Positions 44,504-51,268 of a stretch of 64,000 bases of DNA are shown piece after piece (positions within the stretch are counted from its first letter, which is position 1; the number at the start of each line of letters is the position of its first letter). A program made the translations under genes and the position numbers. The notes under the pieces were generated by a model. It was given only the letters and a program-made list of their open reading frames with translations, was not told where the DNA came from and made no database searches. The DNA is from Dehalococcoidia bacterium (GTDB lineage: Bacteria > Chloroflexota > Dehalococcoidia > Lucifugimonadales > JAGWBF01): positions 9,592-73,591 of the forward strand of contig DAOUKR010000012.1 of NCBI GenBank assembly GCA_034421095.1, in the 5' to 3' direction.

Positions 44504-44578
44504 TCCCCAGTAGCTCAGCGGTAGAGCGGGCGGCTGTTAACCGCTAGGTCCTAGGTTCGAATCCTAGCTGGGGAGCCA
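44504..44578 (+). tRNA. tRNA-Asn (anticodon GTT), CCA encoded
   Basis: TCCCCAG-TA-GCTC-AGCGGTA-GAGC-G-GGCGG-CTGTTAA-CCGCT-AGGTC-CTAGG-TTCGAAT-CCTAG-CTGGGGA-G-CCA forms a complete cloverleaf. Confidence 0.9.
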
Positions 44579-44593
44579 ACATCTCATCTCCCA
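44537..44593 (+). repeat. Direct repeat, left copy (tRNA-Asn anticodon loop to 15 nt past CCA)
   Basis: 57/57 nt identical to 44859-44915: TTAACCGCTAGGTCCTAGGTTCGAATCCTAGCTGGGGAGCCAACATCTCATCTCCCA. Confidence 0.92.
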
Positions 44594-44595
44594 TC

Positions 44596-44862
44596 ATGTT
44601 TACTGTTTACGTATTACGGAGCACTTCCACCAAGCGCCTTTACATAGGCCAGACCAGAGACCTGAAGCGGCGACTCCACGAGCACCAATCAGGACTTGCA
44701 GGCTACACTAGGAATCGGGGACCCTGGGAGTTGGCTCACGTGGAACAATGGCCCACCAGACAGAAGGCAATGGAGCGGGAGCGGTTCCTCAAGTCCGGCG
44801 CGGGAAGGGAATGGTTAAAGTGTCAGCTCAGCGGTAGAGTCGGTCCGCCGGAGGCGGATTAA
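44596..44862 (+). CDS. Small GIY-YIG nuclease family protein (88 aa)
   Basis: FTVYVLRSTSTKRLYIGQTRDLKRRLHEHQSG carries the GIY-x10-YIG motif with the conserved Arg and Glu downstream. No obvious SD. It starts 17 nt after tRNA-Asn, and its last 13 codons overlap a tRNA-derived sequence. Confidence 0.8.
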   Translation: MFTVYVLRSTSTKRLYIGQTRDLKRRLHEHQSGLAGYTRNRGPWELAHVEQWPTRQKAMERERFLKSGAGREWLKCQLSGRVGPPEAD

Positions 44863-44900
44863 CCGCTAGGTCCTAGGTTCGAATCCTAGCTGGGGAGCCA
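44825..44900 (+). pseudogene. Decayed second tRNA-Asn copy
   Basis: It retains the D-arm (AGCTCAGCGGTAGAG), both anticodon-stem halves (GGCGG / CCGCT), the T-arm, the 3' acceptor strand and CCA. It lacks the 5' acceptor strand, has a ~14-nt insertion after the D-arm, and the anticodon loop is shortened to ATTAA. Confidence 0.65.
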
Positions 44901-44915
44901 ACATCTCATCTCCCA
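44859..44915 (+). repeat. Direct repeat, right copy
   Basis: 57/57 nt identical to 44537-44593. Identity ends abruptly on both sides. Confidence 0.92.
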
Positions 44916-45231
44916 GCCTTTATTCTCAACACTCTATTCGACCGGCTCTATGTGTTGCGCATCCAGTCCATGCACGGCGGAGCCACATGGGGTGGCTCCG
45001 TAAACCGCGACCAGGTCCGCGACGGAGCGAGAATCATGGCCTCCTTCGTTCCCATATTCGTTGGCCCGATGATGTCTCATCCGGACGAAAATTGGGGCTT
45101 GATGGACCACCCCGTCGTACGATAACACTCCGAGAAGCCTCCGGTCCGGAAGACCAAACCCGGACCATGTCGCGTCAATGCGAGGCAGGCTCAACGCACT
45201 GCCCTTTACAATCCCGGCGATTGAGGAATCC

Positions 45232-45969
45232 ATGAACGAAAGCCCACGGTTGTATTCGGACCTGGCTACCTGGTTCCACCTGCTCACCCCTCCCCACGAG
45301 TACCGTGAAGAGGCGGAGTACAACTCTGGCCGCATTGTCGGGGCGGCATCCGGTCCGGTGAATACCGTACTCGAGCTAGGATCCGGTGGTGGGAACAACG
45401 CCTACCACATGAAGCAGAGATTCACGATGACTCTGGTGGACCTCTCGCCTGGGATGCTCGACGTCAGCCGACAGATTAACCCGGAGCTTGAGCACGTTCA
45501 AGGGGATATGCGTTCCATAAGAATTGCGGAGACACAGTTCGACGCAGTGTTTGTACACGACGCAGTCTCGTATCTGGCCTCCGAAGCCGACGTGCGTGCC
45601 ATGGCCGCGACGGCCGCTTTCCACTGCCGACCGCACGGGTGTGTGCTTGTCGTCCCGGACCACGTCCGCGAGCGCTTCACGCCTCCGTACACCGATTGCG
45701 GTGGCAATGACGGACTAGATGGACGCAGTATGCGATACCTCATGTGGTCTGTGGACCCCGACCCCTCTGACACCACCTACTTTGCAGACTTTGCCTATAT
45801 TCTCCGCGAGTCCGACGGGACAGTTCACGTGGAGCACGACAGGCACGTCCTTGGCATTTTCCCGGAGTCGTTGTGGATAAGTGCCCTTGAGAAGGCAGGA
45901 TTCGATGTCACGGTACATACAGACCCTTGGAATACCCGGGTGTTTTCCGGCAGGAAACGCGCCACTTAG
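45232..45969 (+). CDS. Class I SAM-dependent methyltransferase (small-molecule type)
   Basis: SAM motif I VLELGSGGGNNAYHM, post-I DLSPGML and motif II/III DAVFVHDAVSYL. No DNA-methyltransferase catalytic motif (DPPY/PC) was seen. The start is set at MNESPRLY. Confidence 0.8.
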   Translation: MNESPRLYSDLATWFHLLTPPHEYREEAEYNSGRIVGAASGPVNTVLELGSGGGNNAYHMKQRFTMTLVDLSPGMLDVSRQINPELEHVQGDMRSIRIAETQFDAVFVHDAVSYLASEADVRAMAATAAFHCRPHGCVLVVPDHVRERFTPPYTDCGGNDGLDGRSMRYLMWSVDPDPSDTTYFADFAYILRESDGTVHVEHDRHVLGIFPESLWISALEKAGFDVTVHTDPWNTRVFSGRKRAT

Positions 45970-46114
45970 ACCACCGCTCCTAATAGGCGGAAGACCTGTG
46001 GTTCAGGTAGACCTCGGCGCGACCCGCCTCTGATACTGGTTCAGTTAGCGTGCGTAGCGTATAATTTTATTGGACGTTGGAGAAAAACTACAGCGACTTG
46101 CATTCTGGAGGAGT

Positions 46115-47242
46115 ATGATGCTCACAGGCCTTAGTATCGAGGGATTTCGTGGCATTGAGCAACTTACGATAAGACCCTTGGGGCGCATCAATTTGGTCGC
46201 CGGGAAAAACGGCGCCGGCAAAACTGCTGTCCTAGAAAGCCTTTGGATTCTCAGTGGACCAGACATGCCTGATCTTGCCGTTCGGTTAGATGCCTTTAGG
46301 GGACTACCTCCTCCTAGCGCAGAAACTGCCTTTGTGGATTTGTTCAACAGATTCAATACTCGAGAATCGATCAAGATAGTTGGTGAAGTGAAGTCCCGGT
46401 TAAAACATCGCAAGTTGATGATCCATTTAGAAGATCATCTGTCGTCAACTGCCAGATTGCCCCAGTACGGTAATCCGTCGGAAGCTGCTTTGGAGCGCTC
46501 AACGCAGCTTCAAACGGAAGGGCAATATGAGATAGTCCTCGATTATCAGCATGACGATGGTAAAGCATACAAGTCTCGCGCTTGGTGGGTCGAACAAACA
46601 CTCAGCCCCCCGCCACAGATTCCTGTTCAAATAGCATTGACAAATGCCAGCGTCCGACAGGAACGAGAGCAAGTCCCAGGTAGGCCAGTCTCTACATTCA
46701 TGGGGGCTCTTCACAGAAACAACCTTGAGGAAGACGCTAGAATGTTTGGTGCGCTTCAGCTTCAAGGCGAAGATGGAGAGATATTGGCAATCCTCCGTAC
46801 TCTAGAGCCGAGGCTGAAGTCGATTACACCAATCTTAATCAATAACATCCCAGTGATACATGCCAACATTGGAGTGGATAGACCTATTGCCTCTAGGTTG
46901 CTCGGTGAAGGGTTTAACCGAATGTTCTCAATGGCCGTGGCCATGCAAACGACAAGGGGTGGGATGTTACTTATAGATGAAATTGAGAACGGCTTGCATC
47001 ACTCTGTAATGAAGGACGTTTTCTCTAACTTGCTTGTGTTGGCCAATAAATTCGACGTCCAAGTAGTAGCCACCACACATAGCGCCGAGTGCATAAAGGC
47101 CGCATACGAATCTCTCAGCCACGGTAATGCCGAAGATTTTACATTCCATCGAATAGACCGAGTGGAAGGCCATTCTAAGGCTACCTACTTCGACGGCGAA
47201 ATGCTGGAAACAGCCATGCTCCATGAAATGGAGGTGCGATAA
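46115..47242 (+). CDS. ABC-type (SMC/RecF/OLD-like) ATPase
   Basis: MMLTGLSIEGFRGIEQLTIRP..INLVAGKNGAGKTAVLESL (Walker A at nt 46202-46225); the C-terminus has MLLIDEIENGLH (Walker B/D-loop) and VATTHS (H-loop). GGAGG RBS before the tandem ATGs at 46115/46118, and a TATAAT at 46060-46065. Confidence 0.8.
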   Translation: MMLTGLSIEGFRGIEQLTIRPLGRINLVAGKNGAGKTAVLESLWILSGPDMPDLAVRLDAFRGLPPPSAETAFVDLFNRFNTRESIKIVGEVKSRLKHRKLMIHLEDHLSSTARLPQYGNPSEAALERSTQLQTEGQYEIVLDYQHDDGKAYKSRAWWVEQTLSPPPQIPVQIALTNASVRQEREQVPGRPVSTFMGALHRNNLEEDARMFGALQLQGEDGEILAILRTLEPRLKSITPILINNIPVIHANIGVDRPIASRLLGEGFNRMFSMAVAMQTTRGGMLLIDEIENGLHHSVMKDVFSNLLVLANKFDVQVVATTHSAECIKAAYESLSHGNAEDFTFHRIDRVEGHSKATYFDGEMLETAMLHEMEVR

Positions 47243-47890
47243 GTGGCTGGAGAGCAGCAGGACAATCAGGAATCTTACAGGAAGATACAGATTAGGGAAA
47301 CAAAACAAGTGCTGGTTGAGGGACTTGAAGAAGTACGTGTTTTTAGCCATTTGGCATCCCAATTGAGCCTAACTGATGTGCAGTGTCACTCTTATCAGGG
47401 CAAAATGAATCTGACGAGATTCATAAGAACCTTCTTAGCCTTGCCAGATTTTGCCAAAGTACGCTCTCTTGCTGTAGTAGCAGATGCAGACTTCGATATT
47501 GAGGGAACCCGAACCCGTATTCGACATGCTCTCCAGAATGCGGGACTTCCTCAGCCGTCTGCCCCGCTTACCGAAGCGTCGGAAGGCCATCTGAGGGTCT
47601 CCTACCTCATCCTTCCACATTTGAGGGAGACTGGTATGCTGGAGGATGTTTGCTTAGAGTCGGTTAAATCTGAGCCAGTAATGGAATGTGTTGAACAGTT
47701 TATGGAATGCGTCAAGGGCAAGCGAGAAGATTGGCCCAAACGGGAAGCGAAGGCCAAAGCTAGGGTTCACGCATATTTGGCGTCACAAGACCGCACAGAT
47801 CTGAGACTCGGGGAGGCCGCGGAAAAAGGCATCTGGAACTATGATTCTGACGCCTTCAATCCCTTGAAAGAACTGTTATCAAAGTTGTGA
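47243..47890 (+). CDS. Small TOPRIM-like protein (DUF4435/DUF3226-like by eye), translationally coupled to the ATPase
   Basis: The GTG start abuts the upstream TAA (TAAGTG). QVLVEGLEE (conserved-Glu strand, nt ~47309-47332) and SLAVVADADFD (DxD, nt 47483-47497) give a TOPRIM-style acidic pattern. The family assignment is not verified. Confidence 0.55.
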   Translation: MAGEQQDNQESYRKIQIRETKQVLVEGLEEVRVFSHLASQLSLTDVQCHSYQGKMNLTRFIRTFLALPDFAKVRSLAVVADADFDIEGTRTRIRHALQNAGLPQPSAPLTEASEGHLRVSYLILPHLRETGMLEDVCLESVKSEPVMECVEQFMECVKGKREDWPKREAKAKARVHAYLASQDRTDLRLGEAAEKGIWNYDSDAFNPLKELLSKL

Positions 47891-48183
47891 CGCAGGTTTA
47901 TCCCATGAATCGCACCTGCCGTTTGTCTACCGGTGTCATTGAGCCACATGGGGCAGGCTGAATCACTCCAACTCACAAGTGCTGGCTAGATGATTGACCA
48001 CAGATCGCTAGCCATCCGTGGGCTCCGTTCCCGAGAAGTAGTGCTCTCGCCCTCGGATGCGTTGCTGCCCCTCCTTACTACAATGAGTTTGCGAAAGACA
48101 CCTATAATGTGCCTCATATACAATGGTAATTATTTTGTGATGTGCCGTTAAATCGCTGATATATAGTGATGGCATTCACAATG

Positions 48184-48212
48184 TTGACGAATTACTCTGC
48201 ATAGTATAGAAT
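48184..48212 (+). promoter_or_regulatory. Sigma-70-like promoter candidate with a long leader
   Basis: TTGACG (48184-48189), a 17-nt spacer, then TAGAAT (48207-48212), about 285 nt upstream of the USP/cNMP gene. Confidence 0.5.
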
Positions 48213-48497
48213 CCCACTACAGTGCCGACGCGAGAATATTACTCAGGCACTGTACCCAGGCCAAGGAGGATAGATACCACCTCATCTTTCGTTCAAGTTC
48301 TCTTACCCAAGTCGGTTTCCACCACCAGCGGACCTGAAGTCCAATGAGGGATTGACTGAAGGTCCAGAGAAGGAGGTAGAAGCGATGATTGTGAATGCCG
48401 ATGGAGCCTGCGCGATTATGAAGTAGGGGACATCGGCCTTTATATTGGTGCCGGAACTCACGTATCAGGACTGCTATGACTATTCTGGAGGTGGGCG

Positions 48498-49481
48498 ATG
48501 TACAGGAAAGTACTTGTACCCCTGGATGGGTCCAGAGAATCTGAAGAGGTGTTGACCCGACTGCAAGGCGAGCTTGCACCTGATGGTGAAGTAATACTCC
48601 TAAAAGTCATTCCCCCCATGAGTTCAAGGTCAGTGGGAGGAGGGAATATTATCCTCGGCAGCCAGATGGAGGAAAGTGAGCGAGCCGAGGCATCAGATTA
48701 CCTGAGAGACGTTGCCAGAAGAGAAACTGGAGATTCTTCGATAAGGTGGGGCTATCAGGTGGTGGTAGCCCGGTCTGTGCCACAAGGCATAGTAGACTTT
48801 GCTATGCATAATGAGCCGGACCTCATCGCAATGTATACCCACGAACGGAAAGGCCTGGCAAGGCTCTTCAGGGGGAGTGTCGCTGCTGAGGTGCAAAGGA
48901 CTGCACCTACTCCAGTAAGGGTTTTCACGCCGTCAGAGATGCTCTCAACCGAACCCGTGGAGGCCATTACTGATGCCAGTGCTCAAGTCGAAGAAGGCCT
49001 GACAGAAACGGTGCATGTGTTGAAAGAGGCCGACGTATTTCGTGGCCTCTCGGACGACCAGATAGGGGAGTTGGCTCCCCTAGTCCAACGGGCACGGATT
49101 TCCGAGGGACAACTGTTGGGGAGGGAAGGTGAATTGGGAGACCAATTTTTCATCGTCGCCGAAGGTGAAGCACAGCTAGGCGCTCATACCGAAGTAGGCG
49201 ACATAGCTGCCCGGGTTGCTACCTCCGGCCAGTCCTTTCCCATTGCTATTCTTGCGGGACCAGGCAATTTAATCACCACAGCCAGGGCCTTGACGGACAT
49301 GGATGTGTTGCAGATCGACAGGTCCCAGCTAGTGGACCTATGCTCCCGTAACACTGAGTTGGGCTTACGGGTCTACATGAATCTAGCCGGACTGCTTGCT
49401 GGCCGCTACGGTGACACTCTAAGACACCTGACCCACAGCATCGAAAGGGAGCTACGAGAGACAAACCCAGGAGATAGCTAG
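48498..49481 (+). CDS. Universal stress protein (UspA) domain fused to a cyclic-nucleotide-binding domain
   Basis: The N-terminus is MYRKVLVPLDGSRESEEVL...IAMYTHERKGLARLFRGSVAAEV (Usp). The C-terminus is FRGLSDDQIGELAPL...GREGELGDQFFIVAEGEA (cNMP-binding beta-roll). Confidence 0.8.
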   Translation: MYRKVLVPLDGSRESEEVLTRLQGELAPDGEVILLKVIPPMSSRSVGGGNIILGSQMEESERAEASDYLRDVARRETGDSSIRWGYQVVVARSVPQGIVDFAMHNEPDLIAMYTHERKGLARLFRGSVAAEVQRTAPTPVRVFTPSEMLSTEPVEAITDASAQVEEGLTETVHVLKEADVFRGLSDDQIGELAPLVQRARISEGQLLGREGELGDQFFIVAEGEAQLGAHTEVGDIAARVATSGQSFPIAILAGPGNLITTARALTDMDVLQIDRSQLVDLCSRNTELGLRVYMNLAGLLAGRYGDTLRHLTHSIERELRETNPGDS

Positions 49482-49511
49482 CAGGGCTAAGCACAGACAA
49501 GTGAGGTTGTC

Positions 49512-49739
49512 ATGGCAGCTAACGCGTATGTGTTGATCACGGTCGAACCCGCCAAAACGGAGGCCGTTGGGAAGCGGTTGCAAGCCATCCCTGGTGCGTT
49601 GGTCCGCGAAGTGTTTGGTCCCTACGATTTCGTGGTGGAACTGGAAACGGATAGCGAGGAGGACCTTACAGCCACTATACGCCACAAGATTCGCCCCGTC
49701 TCCGGTATTACTAGCACCGTTACATGTATATGGTTCTAG
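49512..49739 (+). CDS. Stand-alone Lrp/AsnC-type ligand-binding (RAM) domain protein
   Basis: AYVLITVEPAKTEAVGKRLQAIPGALVREVFGPYDFVVELETDSEEDL...I.PVSGITSTVT matches the AsnC_trans_reg pattern without an HTH. Confidence 0.7.
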   Translation: MAANAYVLITVEPAKTEAVGKRLQAIPGALVREVFGPYDFVVELETDSEEDLTATIRHKIRPVSGITSTVTCIWF

Positions 49740-49796
49740 GGGCAAGTACCACCAAGCATCTCTTGAAGGGTGTTTCTAAAGTGGCGTCCCAAGCCT

Positions 49797-49833
49797 CCTC
49801 TCCCTCGATGGGAGAGGATTGAGGTGAGGGTGA
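49797..49833. repeat. Dispersed G/C-rich hairpin repeat, copy A
   Basis: CCCTCGATGGGAGAGGATTGAGGTGAGGGTGA (49802-49833) matches 55631-55662 at 29/32 positions. It forms the CCTCTCCC-TCGAT-GGGAGAGG hairpin (49797-49817), with a second hairpin GAGGG-TGATAC-CCCTC at 49826-49841. It lies between convergent genes. Confidence 0.6.
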
Positions 49834-49889
49834 TACCCCTCATCCCAGTCCGCCTCCGGCGGAGGAGAAGGGGCTTTACAAACGTCCTC

Positions 49890-50129
49890 TTAGTCGCGTT
49901 GCAGGTCGGCTGGGTCCATTATACGAAAGCCAATACCCAGCTTGACCTGGTACCACGCCACCTTGCCATCCTGGATAGCTCCTCTTATTTCCCTTACCTC
50001 AAACCAGTCCAGCCCACGCAGGGTTTGACCTGCGCGGTCTATGGCGCTCTCAATAGCCTGCTGAAGACCCTCTTGGGAAGACCCGACTAACTCAACCAGT
50101 TTGTATGTCTGACCGGAGTTTTGAGCCAT
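49890..50129 (-). CDS. Dodecin family flavin-binding protein
   Basis: YKLVELVGSSQEGLQQAIESAIDRAGQTLRGLDWFEVREIRGAIQDGKVAWYQVKLGIGFRI is the classic dodecin sequence pattern. GGAGG RBS. Confidence 0.8.
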   Translation of the reverse strand: MAQNSGQTYKLVELVGSSQEGLQQAIESAIDRAGQTLRGLDWFEVREIRGAIQDGKVAWYQVKLGIGFRIMDPADLQRD

Positions 50130-50339
50130 TACCTTAACCTCCAGATTTCCGTACTTCGCAAACCTGTGACCTAGGTCTGCTATTTGGCGATAGAATGATA
50201 AAGCACGGTAATATACTTTCGCAATACCCGACCAGAATCCATCCCCCGCTCCTGAGCCATACAGCTACAGGGATTGACAGCATCAGGGCCTGACACTACA
50301 CTCGTGGAAAACTGAGTCGCAGAGCAGGAGGTACAGGAC

Positions 50340-51254
50340 ATGAAGCTGGTTCTCTTCAACGAACACCGTCTTGGCGTGATACAGGGTCAGCGGGTGATGG
50401 ACGCAATGGACGCCTTTGAAGGTCAGCAATTCCGCAGGCCCCAGTACATGGTAGATGAACTCATAGCCCGTTGGGGCGAGTTGAGGCCAAGGATTGAGTC
50501 CGCGATTCAGGGGAGGGACGGTGTTTCCCTGGACAGCGTCAGATTTCGCCCTCCGGTGCCCAGGCCGCCAAAGGTAATCTGCGCTGCAGTGAACTACCTG
50601 GAGTTCGGCCAGCGTGAGCCAGCACTATTGGATGCCTTCATAAAGTCGCCCTCGGCCATTATAGGTGACGGCGATACTTGCGAGCTTCCCCCCGTCACAG
50701 AAGTTTCAGTATTTCACCACGAGCCGGAACTGGCTCTTGTGATTGGCAAGACGGCTACCAAGGTGACCCAAGAGGACGCATTGTCCTACGTCTTTGGGTA
50801 TTGCAATTTCATGGACATGTCAGCGCGCGGTCTGGTGGGGCCAATAGGAGTCAGTCTATTCAAGAACAAGTCCTTCGATACCTTTGCTCCCATGGGCCCT
50901 GCCCTGGTAACCGCCGACGAGATTCCGGACCCCATGGACCTACAGGTACGGCTGTGGAATAATGACGATCCTCGACACGACTTCCCTACCAGTGACATGG
51001 CCCATCCTGTGCGTGAGCTAATCTCCGAGTTCTCAAAGATTACCACCCTGGAGCCGGGAGACGTGATTGCCACAGGATGCAACCACCAGCAAATTGGGGC
51101 TGTACAGGATGGCGACGTTATCCGCATGGAAATCAAGGAACTGGGACCCTCTCTGACCATTCGGATTAGCGACCCGTTAAAGAGAGAGTGGCCGCGCGGC
51201 ATTGACACGGACATGGCAGCCCGTGTGATTGCGTCAGCTCCACGCCAACGGTAG
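50340..51254 (+). CDS. FAH family protein (paralogue 3)
   Basis: KVICAAVNYLEF...EPELALVIGK...GYCNFMDMSARG...GDVIATG. CAGGAGG RBS. Confidence 0.85.
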   Translation: MKLVLFNEHRLGVIQGQRVMDAMDAFEGQQFRRPQYMVDELIARWGELRPRIESAIQGRDGVSLDSVRFRPPVPRPPKVICAAVNYLEFGQREPALLDAFIKSPSAIIGDGDTCELPPVTEVSVFHHEPELALVIGKTATKVTQEDALSYVFGYCNFMDMSARGLVGPIGVSLFKNKSFDTFAPMGPALVTADEIPDPMDLQVRLWNNDDPRHDFPTSDMAHPVRELISEFSKITTLEPGDVIATGCNHQQIGAVQDGDVIRMEIKELGPSLTIRISDPLKREWPRGIDTDMAARVIASAPRQR

Positions 51255-51268
51255 CGGTTGACATAAAA

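Noticed and set aside
44537-44858. The GIY-YIG ORF might be a homing endonuclease inside a group I intron in the tRNA-Asn anticodon loop (5' exon 44504-44536, 3' exon 44859-44900).
   Set aside because: The upstream tRNA copy is already complete and contiguous. The interval is only ~320 nt, of which 267 nt are ORF, which leaves no room for a group I ribozyme core. I could not find P/Q/R/S-like elements.
44934-45398. 154-aa minus-strand ORF in the gap between the GIY-YIG cassette and the methyltransferase.
   Set aside because: Its 5' half is antisense to the methyltransferase N-terminus, and it has no RBS or motif. The 44916-45231 part could hide a gene remnant, but I cannot support a call.
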